64,000 bases of DNA from Candidatus Zhuqueibacterota bacterium (GTDB lineage Bacteria; Zhuqueibacterota; Zhuqueibacteria; Oceanimicrobiales; Oceanimicrobiaceae). The DNA lies in NCBI GenBank assembly GCA_029261995.1, contig JAJDAF010000010.1, positions 196,767 to 260,766 on the forward strand, written 5' to 3'. The notes beneath the pieces are model-generated. The model had not been told where the DNA came from. It did not search any database and was given only the letters and a program-made list of their open reading frames with translations. Both the position numbers and the translations under genes were made by a program. Positions 18,542 to 28,606 of this stretch are shown here, in pieces. Every line of letters starts with the position of its first letter. Position 1 is the stretch's first letter.

Positions 18542-21487
18542 ATGACGAAGCGTGAATTATGCCTGGCAGCAACCGTTCTGCTATTTGGCGCCAGCCTGCA
18601 CCTTGTGCGGGCATCGGACGATGCGGTGGACGAGACGCGTTTTCTCAGCAACGTGCGTCAACTCATTTACGAAGGGAACCGCTCCGGGGAAGGTTACTTT
18701 TCCCCGGACGGCAATGCACTTGTCTTTCAGAGTGAACGCGAGGCAGACAACCCATTTTTTCAAATCTACATACTCGATCTGGAAACCGGAGACAGCCACC
18801 GGGTTTCGACTGGCAGAGGCAAAACTACCTGCGCATTTTTTCGAAGTGGTGGCCAGCAGGTGCTGTTCGGCTCTACACATCTCGACCCACAGGTCGTGAC
18901 ACACGAGAAGGATGAGTTGGATTTTCGTGCGTCAGGAAAGAAGAAAAGATATTCGTGGGACTACGATGTGCACATGGATATCTTTGGCGCCCAGCGCGAC
19001 GGCAGTGCTCTTTCCCGACTGACTGATGCCAAAGGCTACGACGCGGAGGGCTCCTACTCTCCGGACGGCAGCAAGATTGTCTTCTGCTCATTGCGTGATG
19101 CCTACACGGAAGAACTATCATCCGAGGATCAGAAGCGGTTGGAGGTGGACCCATCATACTTTGGCGAAATCTACATCATGAACGCCGACGGGTCAAACCA
19201 GACCAGACTCACCAACTCGCCGGGCTACGATGGCGGCCCGTTTTTTACCCCGGACGGTGACCGGATTGTCTGGCGCCGTTTCGACGAAAGCGGTATGATC
19301 GCCGATGTTTACACCATGAAGCTTGACGGTTTGGACGTGCGCAAGATCACCGAGTTCGGGTCCATGTCATGGGCGCCGTATTTTCATCCATCCGGCAAGT
19401 ACATTTTGTTTGCTTCGAACAAGCACGGCTTCAGCAATTTCGAAATTTTTATGGTCGATGCTCTGGGTGAGCATGAGCCTGTTCGGGTGACTTTTTCGGA
19501 CGGGTTTGACGGCCTGCCGGTTTTTTCTCCCGACGGTATGAAACTGACCTGGACCAGCGGCCGTACCGGCGACAAGAAATCGCAGATTTTTATCGCTGGC
19601 TGGAACCACCCGGAGGCGCTTGCCGCGCTCAAGGGGTCACCAGCACGTGTCAATGGTATGACAAAGGCCAGCTCTTCGGCTCCGACGCAATCAGGCGCCA
19701 CCGCAAACGGCCTTTCATCTCAAATCGCCTCCAGTGATTTTGAAAAAACAGTAGGCTACCTCGCCTCTGATAAACTCGAGGGCCGGATGTCTGGCTCAAA
19801 CGGCACCAAGCTGGCGGCAGACTACATCGTGGAACGGTTCAAAGATGCCGGGTTGCAGCCGCTCGCCGGTTCTGAATCTTACCGTCAGGAATTCGAATTC
19901 ACCGCAGGCATGAAGCTCAGGAAAGGGCAAAACCACCTTGAGTTGACCTCCGACAACGATGCCCAAAGCTTCCAGGTAGACACGGACTTTCGTCCTCTCG
20001 CCTTCTCCAGCGAGGGCGAAGTGGAAGGAGATGTCGTTTTTGCCGGCTACGGCCTTTCCGTACCCGGCGATGGCGCTCAGGCTGCGGATTCCTATTCGGG
20101 CCTTGACGTCAAAGACAAAGTCGTTCTGGTTTTGCGCTACGTTCCAGAAGATGTCGAGATGGACCGCCGCCAGGAGCTGAATCGTTATGCGGGATTGCGC
20201 TACAAGGCCATGATCGCCCGTGAGCACGGCGCCAAAGCTCTTTTGGCAGTCACTGGCCCGAACTCGCCAAAACCCGGCAAACTCGTGCCGCTTTCCTACG
20301 ATAACAGCTCCGCCAATTCCGGAATTGTTGTTGCTTCCGTCAGTGGCGCGGTGGCTGACGCATTGTTTGCAAAATCCGGGAAAACCCTTGCTGAGGTCCA
20401 GACGGAGCTTGACCGTGAGAATCCGCACTACGAGGGTCATTTCGCTTTGCCTGAAGTCGGCGTGAAGATGCAAACCGGGGTTGAGCGCATCAAGAAGAAG
20501 GATTACAACGTGGTAGGTGTTTTGCCGGCTACGAACGGTGGAACCGGCGAGTCTATTGTGATCGGGGCCCACTACGACCACATCGGCTTCGGAGAAATCG
20601 GCTCGCTTGCCAGAAAGGGCGAGGAAGGTAAAATCCACAATGGTGCTGACGACAATGCTTCCGGCACCTCCACAGTGCTTGAGCTGGCGGCCTCGCTCGC
20701 GGAGATGCAGAAAACCAAACCTGATGCTTTCCGCCGGGACTTGGTGTTTGCGCTCTGGTCAGGCGAAGAGTTGGGCATTATTGGCTCGTCGGAGTTTGTG
20801 AAGCAGGCTGCTCTGCCCGTCGAACAGATTGCCGCCTATCTCAATTTCGACATGGTTGGACGACTGAAAGAGAACAGACTCATGTTGCAGGGCATGGGTT
20901 CGTCTTCCGCATGGCGTAAATTGGTAGAGAAGAAGAACGTCGTCGCCGGTTTCAATCTCGTGATTCAAGACGACCCTTACCAGCCTACTGACGTGACCGC
21001 CTTTTATCCCAAAGGCGTACCGGTGATGAGTTTTTTCACCGGCAGTCACGAAGATTATAACCGTCCTACGGATGACCCCGAGACGCTCAATTATGCCGGC
21101 CTCGAGCGCATCGGCAAGTTTGCGAAATTGCTGCTCACGGATCTACTCAAGGCGGAAGAAAGGCCGGACTACGTCAAGGTTGAGCGGGTCAAGAGCCGCG
21201 GCGGCAGCCGGGAGTCGATGCGGGCCTATCTGGGCACCATTCCCGACTATGTTGGTGAGGGCTCCAGCGGTGTCAAGCTGTCCGGTGTCAGCACCGGCGG
21301 GCCAGCCGATAAGGCAGGGCTTCTTGGTGGCGATGTCATCGTGGAGTTCGCGGGCAAAGAAATCACAAATATCTACGACTATACTTATGCAATCGATGCC
21401 ATTAAAATTGGCGTGGCCGTCGAAATGGTAGTACTCCGCGGCGACGAAAAAGTAAAGTTGACCATAGTGCCCGAAGCTCGGGAATAG
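18542..21487 (+). CDS. Secreted M28 aminopeptidase with TolB/PD40 propeller, PA and PDZ domains
   Basis: FSPDG repeats; GAHYDH, NGADDNASG, SGEELG, NFDMVGR, HEDYN; C-terminal GPADKAGL..GDVI. Confidence 0.92.
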   Translation: MTKRELCLAATVLLFGASLHLVRASDDAVDETRFLSNVRQLIYEGNRSGEGYFSPDGNALVFQSEREADNPFFQIYILDLETGDSHRVSTGRGKTTCAFFRSGGQQVLFGSTHLDPQVVTHEKDELDFRASGKKKRYSWDYDVHMDIFGAQRDGSALSRLTDAKGYDAEGSYSPDGSKIVFCSLRDAYTEELSSEDQKRLEVDPSYFGEIYIMNADGSNQTRLTNSPGYDGGPFFTPDGDRIVWRRFDESGMIADVYTMKLDGLDVRKITEFGSMSWAPYFHPSGKYILFASNKHGFSNFEIFMVDALGEHEPVRVTFSDGFDGLPVFSPDGMKLTWTSGRTGDKKSQIFIAGWNHPEALAALKGSPARVNGMTKASSSAPTQSGATANGLSSQIASSDFEKTVGYLASDKLEGRMSGSNGTKLAADYIVERFKDAGLQPLAGSESYRQEFEFTAGMKLRKGQNHLELTSDNDAQSFQVDTDFRPLAFSSEGEVEGDVVFAGYGLSVPGDGAQAADSYSGLDVKDKVVLVLRYVPEDVEMDRRQELNRYAGLRYKAMIAREHGAKALLAVTGPNSPKPGKLVPLSYDNSSANSGIVVASVSGAVADALFAKSGKTLAEVQTELDRENPHYEGHFALPEVGVKMQTGVERIKKKDYNVVGVLPATNGGTGESIVIGAHYDHIGFGEIGSLARKGEEGKIHNGADDNASGTSTVLELAASLAEMQKTKPDAFRRDLVFALWSGEELGIIGSSEFVKQAALPVEQIAAYLNFDMVGRLKENRLMLQGMGSSSAWRKLVEKKNVVAGFNLVIQDDPYQPTDVTAFYPKGVPVMSFFTGSHEDYNRPTDDPETLNYAGLERIGKFAKLLLTDLLKAEERPDYVKVERVKSRGGSRESMRAYLGTIPDYVGEGSSGVKLSGVSTGGPADKAGLLGGDVIVEFAGKEITNIYDYTYAIDAIKIGVAVEMVVLRGDEKVKLTIVPEARE

Positions 21488-21546
21488 AGCGGACGGTACG
21501 GGTTCGCCGAAACTCAGTATTCTAAATTAACAACACGGAGGGAGTA

Positions 21547-21744
21547 ATGGCAGGACAAGGTTCTGGAGGCAACGTAATTGCAGCGCTGGCGAGCTTTTTC
21601 ATTCCCGGCTTGGGGCAATTGCTGCAGGGCAGGCTGATGATGGCCATCATCCATTTTGTTGTCGCGGGTGTGCTTTGGATTTTCCTGCTCGGCTGGATTA
21701 TTCACTTGTGGTCAATTCTTGACGCAGCGAGATTCAAAGGGTAG
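21547..21744 (+). CDS. Small membrane protein (SFFIPGLGQ family)
   Basis: RBS GGAGGGAG; AALASFFIPGLGQ..GR motif and hydrophobic hairpin. Confidence 0.8.
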   Translation: MAGQGSGGNVIAALASFFIPGLGQLLQGRLMMAIIHFVVAGVLWIFLLGWIIHLWSILDAARFKG

Positions 21745-21753
21745 GCCTGAACC

Positions 21754-22908
21754 ATGATCGAAAACCTTTCAACTTCGCAGTTCCTGACTCTACTCGAGAA
21801 AGTATTTGCACCTTCGGCGAGCGACCGCGTGTTTCGTATTCTGGTCGATTTGCCGAGTGGTTCCGTACCAGACACAGCGGCGTGGCGCGACCGGCGGCAA
21901 ATCGCGGGCGAGTGGCTCAAGCTGGTGCAGGAGGGGCTGGACAAGTTGCCCTTCTCGCAAGCACAAATGCTATACATGGAAAACAGTGGCAGCAACAACG
22001 CCCAATTTCGGACAGATGGATATTTTTGGGAAGGCGATGCGGAAGATGCTAGCTTCGACAGGCTCAAAACAGATGGGCGGAAAGTCGACCTCGCCGCGAC
22101 ACTGTCTGCTACAAACATTATTTTGGCGCCAACACAATTTTCTCCCACCGCGCCGCTCAAGCTGCTTGCGCGCGTGGCAGGATTCCGCGCTGCGTCGATG
22201 CCGGGATTTAGCCGCGACATGATTCCTGCTCTCGGGCTCGATTACGAAGTGGTGCACCAACGCGTCATGGCCGTGAAAACACGCCTTGATGAAGCGCAGG
22301 CCTGTCATATTCTCTTTGATGCAGATGGCAGCCGTTTTGAGTTGTTTGCGGATTTGCGCCACCGCCAGGGACACGCCAGCAGTGGTCTCCTGCGTGATGC
22401 GGCCACTGCAACCAATCTGCCGAGTGGAGAATCTTACATTGTGCCGTACGAAGGTGAGTTGCGGGATGCGAGCCTGACAAAAGGCATGCTGCCGGTTCAA
22501 TTCGGAGATGAGATCGTCATTTACCGGGTAGAGGCGAACCGGGCTGTCGATGTCACCAGCAGCGGAGAGGCTTCAGTGCGCGAGCGCAGCAGGTTGAAGG
22601 AAGAACCGGCCTATGGCAACATCGCCGAACTTGGTTTTGGCGTCCTGCGACCATTTGGCATCAAGCCGGTGGGTGTGGTTTTGCTGGACGAAAAATTGGG
22701 CCTGCACATCGCGTTTGGCCGTAGCGACCATTTCGGTGGCGCCACTTCGCCAGAGAGTTTCAAGGATGCAAAGAATGTCGTGCATATCGACCGAATATAC
22801 ATTCCTGACATGCAGGACAAGGTCGTGGCCCGTGAAGTTCGTTTTGCGTATCCGGACGGACGAGAAGAAGTGGTGATTCGGGATGGTGAACTGCTGCAGT
22901 TTGAATAG
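21754..22908 (+). CDS. Aminopeptidase T / M29-like metalloprotein
   Basis: SMPG, NLPSGE, IAELGFGV, LDEK, HIAFG, HID motifs. Confidence 0.75.
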   Translation: MIENLSTSQFLTLLEKVFAPSASDRVFRILVDLPSGSVPDTAAWRDRRQIAGEWLKLVQEGLDKLPFSQAQMLYMENSGSNNAQFRTDGYFWEGDAEDASFDRLKTDGRKVDLAATLSATNIILAPTQFSPTAPLKLLARVAGFRAASMPGFSRDMIPALGLDYEVVHQRVMAVKTRLDEAQACHILFDADGSRFELFADLRHRQGHASSGLLRDAATATNLPSGESYIVPYEGELRDASLTKGMLPVQFGDEIVIYRVEANRAVDVTSSGEASVRERSRLKEEPAYGNIAELGFGVLRPFGIKPVGVVLLDEKLGLHIAFGRSDHFGGATSPESFKDAKNVVHIDRIYIPDMQDKVVAREVRFAYPDGREEVVIRDGELLQFE

Positions 22909-22967
22909 GTGAAGGTTCCGCCGGGCAGCACGAACCGTCCGGCGGAAAAAGTGGGCTCGCCGGCCAG

Positions 22968-24122
22968 TTAGGCCAGTGTTTCGCTAAGCTTCTGGATTAC
23001 GATGTCCAGCTCTTCAAAGGAAACGTTGAGCGGCGGAAACACGCGGACGACGGTTGAGCCTGCCGGGAAAACCAGCACGCCCCTATCCAGAAGCTCAAGA
23101 ATGACCGGTTGCGCTTTTACCTTCAACTCGATGCCGAACATTAATCCCAGATTTCGAATTTCGCGAACCTTGCTCAGGTTTCTGGCGGTCAGTTTCTCGG
23201 CAAGATAGTCACCCTTTTCCCTCGCCTGTTGCGCCAGGTTTTCTTCCTGCATTACCTCGATGGTTGCGAGCGCCGCCGCGCAGGCAAGCGGGTTGCCCCC
23301 GAAAGTCGTTCCATGGCGGCCGACGGGCACCTCGATTTTGTCTGAGCAAACCACGGCGCCCATTGGCATTCCGCCCGCGATCCCTTTCGCCACGCACAGC
23401 ATGTCCGGCTCCAAATCAAAGTACTCGCAGGCGAACATCTTGCCGGTCCTGCAAAAGCCCGTCTGAATTTCATCAACGATAAACAGGCAGCCTGCTTGAT
23501 CGCAGAGCGCTCTGACTTCGTGCAGGAATTCGGCATCCGCGATGTTGACGCCGCCTTCGCCCTGCACGAGTTCGAGAATCACGGCCGCCGTCTTGTCCGT
23601 GACTTTTTCTCTGAATTTTTCGATGTTGTTGAAGGGCGCAAAACTGAACCCGGAAATCAAGGGTTCATATGGCTGCTTGTATTCTGTTTTGAAAGTAGCG
23701 CTCATTGCGCCGAATGTTCGACCGTGAAATCCGCGCATGGCACAGACGAAGTCGGTCTTGCCTGTAGAGAATCTGCTGAATTTTAGCGCCGCTTCGACTG
23801 CTTCCGTACCCGAGTTGCACAGGAATGCGCGGGAAAGATTTTTCGGTGTAATGCCGATCAGTTTTTCGAGCAACTCCGCCCTTTTATCGTTGTAGAATAC
23901 GTTTGGACAAGTCACGAGCGTCTCAGCCTGTTGGGCAATTGCACGGCTAACCTTCGGGTGTGCGTGTCCGACGTTCGAAACACCGTGTCCGCAAACGCAG
24001 TCGAGATAAGTGTTGCCTGCTTCATCCCAGACCGTGGCTCCTTTGCCTCGAACGATGGCCACGTTGCGCTTGTGATAAACGTCGAACTCGTAGGCCTGCT
24101 GTTTTTCGATTGCGTTTTGCAT
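22968..24122 (-). CDS. Class III PLP aminotransferase, ArgD/LysJ type
   Basis: NSGTEAVEAALK, FHGRT, ELVQGEGG, DEIQTG, AKGIAGG, HGTTFGGNPLAC; C-terminus resembles LysJ. Confidence 0.9.
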   Translation of the reverse strand: MQNAIEKQQAYEFDVYHKRNVAIVRGKGATVWDEAGNTYLDCVCGHGVSNVGHAHPKVSRAIAQQAETLVTCPNVFYNDKRAELLEKLIGITPKNLSRAFLCNSGTEAVEAALKFSRFSTGKTDFVCAMRGFHGRTFGAMSATFKTEYKQPYEPLISGFSFAPFNNIEKFREKVTDKTAAVILELVQGEGGVNIADAEFLHEVRALCDQAGCLFIVDEIQTGFCRTGKMFACEYFDLEPDMLCVAKGIAGGMPMGAVVCSDKIEVPVGRHGTTFGGNPLACAAALATIEVMQEENLAQQAREKGDYLAEKLTARNLSKVREIRNLGLMFGIELKVKAQPVILELLDRGVLVFPAGSTVVRVFPPLNVSFEELDIVIQKLSETLA

Positions 24123-24136
24123 AATATTCCTTTTGG

Positions 24137-24769
24137 CTAGAAAACCTTAATTGAACCGTTTGGAATGGATTGCCAGCCGCTCTCGCCTGGGTAAGGCTCG
24201 GAGCAGATAATGGTGGCGCCGTTCTGCTTACGACGCAAGGTGAAGTACTCGGGGTCTTCACCAAAAAATGAGGCGACGTAGACTTTGTGGCGATCCGTGA
24301 TGATGATGTTCATCGCGCGGACGTAATCAGTACGCTTTCGGATGACTTGCAGACCTTTCGTCAACGCCGCTTGCATGTCGCCACGGTCGAAACGCTTGAT
24401 CGTGTTGAAGACCTTCTCTGCCCCAATCCTGCCCTCAGCCTTGATCTTGACGCCGCGCAATTCTCCGTTAAACGCAAAAACGTACTTTTTGTCATGAAAC
24501 GGCATGTTGTTTTCGAGGGTGACATCGGTATCCTGAAACGCGCTACGGGCGTGTGCAAGGAATTGCGTGGTGTCGGGGAATTGCGAGAAATCGTCTTGCC
24601 AGATCGGCTGAATGTTCTTGTAGACTTGCCATTCGCCATTCTCCAGGTAAGCGCAACCCCAGCCATCGCCCTGATACTCCTTGCTGTTCTCGCAGATCTG
24701 GGAGAATCTTGAAAGATGGTCCGGCATGGCGATTTCGGTTTCTGACCGGATGAAGAGAAGCCTGCACAC
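24137..24769 (-). CDS. Class II glutamine amidotransferase-like Ntn hydrolase (EgtC/YafJ-like)
   Basis: N-terminal MCRL nucleophile Cys, DGWG, AHAR, NMPF, FNG, SEP. Confidence 0.85.
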   Translation of the reverse strand: MCRLLFIRSETEIAMPDHLSRFSQICENSKEYQGDGWGCAYLENGEWQVYKNIQPIWQDDFSQFPDTTQFLAHARSAFQDTDVTLENNMPFHDKKYVFAFNGELRGVKIKAEGRIGAEKVFNTIKRFDRGDMQAALTKGLQVIRKRTDYVRAMNIIITDRHKVYVASFFGEDPEYFTLRRKQNGATIICSEPYPGESGWQSIPNGSIKVF

Positions 24770-24907
24770 TGGTATTAAGCCGTTTTGGTCATCAGTTTTT
24801 TTGTTTTCAAAACAGACCGGTAAGTATATGAAACAAACACGTTTTTCTCAAGAAGATTTTGCGAAAACTGTTTTGTGGGTAGGCTGAATGTGAGATCGCG
24901 AGTAGCG

Positions 24908-24961
24908 AAATAAAAAGCCGCTGAGAGGAAGGGTCCCTAAGGGCCCCTCCTCTCAGCGGCT
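24908..24961 (-). terminator. Rho-independent terminator of the PEGA-lipoprotein operon
   Basis: AGCCGCTGAGAGGA...TCCTCTCAGCGGCT perfect 14-bp arms plus inner stem, followed by a U-tract on the minus strand. Confidence 0.85.
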
Positions 24962-24990
24962 AGTTTCCTTGATGATTGAGTGCTTGCTGG

Positions 24991-26721
24991 TCAGTTCCCG
25001 CGATAAATCAGTTTGAATCCGAGGACCCAGACGCTCTCGGGACCAATGATCTTGCCGTTGATGAATTGCGGGTACCGTTTTGCTATCAGGCCGTAATGGT
25101 AGATGTTCACGTAATGCGTGCCCGGGCTCAGTACAAAGATCCCGCTTGCTCGCTTCGATGTGTGCGGGTCGCCTGGTTCGTCCGGTACGACTTTGTATTC
25201 TCCGGCATTAGGGTCGAGCGGCAGATTGAATTCATCGCGGATCGTGCTGATATCGAGAAAGAAACTCTCATTACGCTGCACGTCACCACTGTTATACCAT
25301 GCCTCTGAGACGACTTCATAACGACCAGCTTTTTCGACCTCAAAGGTCGCTGCCTTCATGAATTTCATCTTGTCCTTTTCCGCATTTGCACGCACGTGAA
25401 CGTTAGCTTCCACTAGAATATCATCCACGACATCGATGACAGGCACGACGACCTCAATCGTGTCACTTGCTGAGGCGTATCCCGATTGGTTGAACGCGGT
25501 CGCCGTCACAATTCGGATGCCAGGAGAGTGGAATGTCGTTTGGGCGCTGCCAGACAATCCCGGATTATCGACATAATCCACTACGATGTAGTCTGCGTTC
25601 TGAGAGTGCCAGCTTATCGATGCGGCAGTATCCACAGTGACCCGGCGCGTGGTTGAAAGCATGACCACCGGGTGCGGTGGTAACGCCGCCTCTTTGACGA
25701 AGACGGAGTCTTTCTTAACGGTCAGGAGATTGTTCTCACCGTAAGCCGTCGCTGCGATGACCTTTTTGCCGGGAGTCTGGAACAGGATTTCTTCCGATCC
25801 AGAGGGGCCTCGGCCACCGATGCCATGGTCGAGAACAACCTGGTGGCCATCGGTTTGCCACTCCAAAATGGCTGGTGTGCCAAAATCAACGCTGTCCGCC
25901 AGAATAGAGAAGTTTAGACTAGGCGGAAACGCCACCACTTCCGAGATGTAGACCGAGTCTTTGATTTCAGTGGTCAGATTGTCCAGACTGTATGCGGTCG
26001 CGGTAAAAATCTTCATCCCAGCCGATGAACACCTGACCCGCTCCTTGCCGTTTGGGCCGCGAACCCCAATTCCCTGGTCGATGATGACTTGAAAACCGTC
26101 CGATTCCCAGGTTATCTCAAAATCTTCGCCTACATTCACGCTATCCAGAGCTATGCCAAATGCCAAAGTAGGTGTTTGCCCGGGTTGAGCCAGAGTCAGG
26201 TTGACGACTGTGGTTTTGCCCGTCTCAATCTCGATGTTCGGCTGTTCGGCAACGACCCCGGCTTTCTCGGCGCCAACACGGTACCGGCCGATGTGCAGTT
26301 GATGCACGGAAGTCTGCTCTTCTGTCTCGAATATGACATTGTCGTTTGAGTCCATGACTCTGACCAGCGCAGAATCTTGATCGACTGTGACAATCAATTG
26401 GCCCTCTCCCGGTGGCAGCGGATCGAGTATCGCCTCGACCACGTAAACTCTGCCGAGCTCCACGAGCAACTGTTCCGCATGAGCCAGGTAACCATCTCGT
26501 GAAACTCTCAAGGCATGCAACCCGGGTTGAATATCTTGAGCGCTGAACGGAGTAAAACCTTCCCTGGAACCATCGACGAAGACGTTTGCCGAATCAATCC
26601 GGATGCCGGCTTGGGTAATCGCTGTCACTTGCAGCGTCGTGCGGGTGTTGGGTTCAATTGGCAAGTCAGCCTTGCTGCAACCCAGCGCAACCGCGAATAG
26701 GGTCAACAGTAATGTTCTCAT
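24991..26721 (-). CDS. PEGA-domain surface lipoprotein with three tandem Ig/PKD-like repeats
   Basis: Lipobox ALGC; ANVFVDG...GFTP...PGLHALRVSRDGY (PEGA); three repeats of W.sdg.qV.iD.GiG.rGpsG...TA. Confidence 0.75.
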   Translation of the reverse strand: MRTLLLTLFAVALGCSKADLPIEPNTRTTLQVTAITQAGIRIDSANVFVDGSREGFTPFSAQDIQPGLHALRVSRDGYLAHAEQLLVELGRVYVVEAILDPLPPGEGQLIVTVDQDSALVRVMDSNDNVIFETEEQTSVHQLHIGRYRVGAEKAGVVAEQPNIEIETGKTTVVNLTLAQPGQTPTLAFGIALDSVNVGEDFEITWESDGFQVIIDQGIGVRGPNGKERVRCSSAGMKIFTATAYSLDNLTTEIKDSVYISEVVAFPPSLNFSILADSVDFGTPAILEWQTDGHQVVLDHGIGGRGPSGSEEILFQTPGKKVIAATAYGENNLLTVKKDSVFVKEAALPPHPVVMLSTTRRVTVDTAASISWHSQNADYIVVDYVDNPGLSGSAQTTFHSPGIRIVTATAFNQSGYASASDTIEVVVPVIDVVDDILVEANVHVRANAEKDKMKFMKAATFEVEKAGRYEVVSEAWYNSGDVQRNESFFLDISTIRDEFNLPLDPNAGEYKVVPDEPGDPHTSKRASGIFVLSPGTHYVNIYHYGLIAKRYPQFINGKIIGPESVWVLGFKLIYRGN

Positions 26722-26770
26722 GACGAATCCCCCACCTGGTAATACTATGATACTTCTCATCGGTGGTCGC

Positions 26771-27760
26771 TTAGAACGCCTCGTTGATGTTAATGGTCAA
26801 GCCCAATGTTGTACCGAACTTCCATTTAGAACTTTCAAAAATGGAGTTGGAATTGGAATAGCTGAGCATCGGGTTGAACTCAAAGACACCTTCCTTGATG
26901 ACGATGCCGCTGGACAGTCCGGTCGTCTTAAAGGACCAATCGTCGGTATCCGTAAAGAATTCCCAGCCGCGAAACACGCCTGCGGAGATGCCAAAGGTAC
27001 TGGTCTTCATGTGCTTAATGCCGATGTGAACGAATGACTCAGACTGGTTTCCACTGGTGGTCGAAATTGTCCAAGGTGTCACGCCGCCCTGCAAGATGAA
27101 AGATGTCTTGTTAATGATGATGCCGAGCGCGATTGACGGTGATAGCAGACCACCACCGGACGCTGATTTCCAGGTCCAAACCCCCCCCTGCAGAAACCAG
27201 TCGAAATGGCTGGTGCGTTCTTTCTGGAAGTAGCCGTTGGCGACTCCCGTACCCTGCGTTTCGATTATCGGGTGAATCGTCTTAAACTTATCTTCGAGTT
27301 TGGCCAGCTTATTGTTCAAGTCATTGTTTCGGTCTTTGATCTCGGTGAGATCTTTCTTGTATTGTTCGCGCGAGATTTTTCTTGACCACACGACTTTGAC
27401 ACCAGCAATATTCTCATGCGTCACGCCGACGTTCCCACGTTCATATCTTGCTCTCAGAGCTCTGGCACGTCCAAGTCTTTTGGCGTCGTTCCAGGCTTCA
27501 GAGATTTGCGTGTGAACGCTGCGTCCATTCATGACCCAACCGACACTGTCAGCCGCACCAAGAAATGTGACTTCGATGTTTTGGTTATTCATCAGTTGGT
27601 CCAGGGCTGCGAGTGCATCGTGATCTATCTGGGCAGTTGTCAGAGAAGTACTTCCTGGCTCAAACGTCTTGATCCAGAGCACGCCGGATGTTTGCGAAGA
27701 GGCTGTCCCAAACAAGACAAGGGCTAGAAGTACCGTTGCAGTTTGTATGAGCCGTTTCAT
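26771..27760 (-). CDS. Hypothetical outer-membrane protein: degenerate OmpA-C-like domain, coiled coil, C-terminal beta-barrel
   Basis: Signal peptide; FEPGSTSL..., GAADSVG, NDAKRLGRA; heptads LTEIKDRNNDLNNKLAKLE; amphipathic strands ending in terminal Phe. Confidence 0.55.
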   Translation of the reverse strand: MKRLIQTATVLLALVLFGTASSQTSGVLWIKTFEPGSTSLTTAQIDHDALAALDQLMNNQNIEVTFLGAADSVGWVMNGRSVHTQISEAWNDAKRLGRARALRARYERGNVGVTHENIAGVKVVWSRKISREQYKKDLTEIKDRNNDLNNKLAKLEDKFKTIHPIIETQGTGVANGYFQKERTSHFDWFLQGGVWTWKSASGGGLLSPSIALGIIINKTSFILQGGVTPWTISTTSGNQSESFVHIGIKHMKTSTFGISAGVFRGWEFFTDTDDWSFKTTGLSSGIVIKEGVFEFNPMLSYSNSNSIFESSKWKFGTTLGLTININEAF

Positions 27761-27833
27761 TTCTATCACCTACCTTAGTTTGTGATTGCAGTCTTTGATG
27801 AACACGTTGTTTGACGCATTCACCCGCTGCTCA

Positions 27834-27850
27834 AGCAAGATCAGTGCCAG
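27834..27850 (-). promoter_or_regulatory. sigma54 (-24/-12) promoter
   Basis: Minus strand CTGGCACTGATCTTGCT matches TGGCAC-N5-TTGCW, about 75 nt upstream of ATG 27760. Confidence 0.8.
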
Positions 27851-28606
27851 AAAGATCCGATTTATATGTAAATTTTTGTTATAAAAAGACTTATGGTGTT
27901 ATTCTATGTTCCATAATGAGCCGATTCGAAGTGTGGCACTGGTCGCCGGTGTTCATATCTGAGACATCCATAATGAATTATTCCACTGTTTATTTTAGGG
28001 GTTAGATGTTTCTCGCAAACCGGGTAGATTTTGTACACTTGCGAACGGCATTGCTTTACAGACATCAGTCGTTGTAGAAAAAAATGCGTTATATTGCAAA
28101 TGTTACCCATATTTAATAGAATCTTGCGATTTTTCAACAAAACCTACCTGAATGTTGCTTCTTTTGCACTATCTTTGGGGTAGTAGATTGGAGTTACCCG
28201 GTCTCGATTGTTCGGTTTTCATTCGGTTGAACCGCGTTTTGAGCAGGGTTGACATTTGTGGTTCACTGTATCTCAGTCTGGATCAGATCGGTACGAATGA
28301 TACAATTCCTGGCGTTCCCCCGGCTTTAATGACCAAGAATTGTGGAATTTTGCGGCCGACGTCCCGGCGCTCTGCTTAATTTCATCTATGCCAAAGTACT
28401 CGAAGTCTCCGGACAGATGGAACGGTCATTTCCCATGGCGTGAGGGAGTTGCCATTTGCCGGGACAGCACCAGATAGAACCGTACTTCAGTGACCGATTA
28501 AGATTTATTAACAAGTTTGCCATTTGAGGCAACTTTTGCTATATTGTGCCGGGGAAGACTTCAATCTTGTCAACTCATACTCAATAATTCCAACCGGGAT
28601 TTCACT

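Noticed and set aside
22916..22950. TTCCGCCGG...CCGGCGGAA hairpin between convergent genes
   Set aside because: No U-tract follows the stem on either strand, so not called as an intrinsic terminator
27904..28379. Short ORFs (64-78 aa) and a GGGGGAAC ydaO-like word in the divergent spacer
   Set aside because: No RBS or protein-like signal; the other c-di-AMP riboswitch elements are missing
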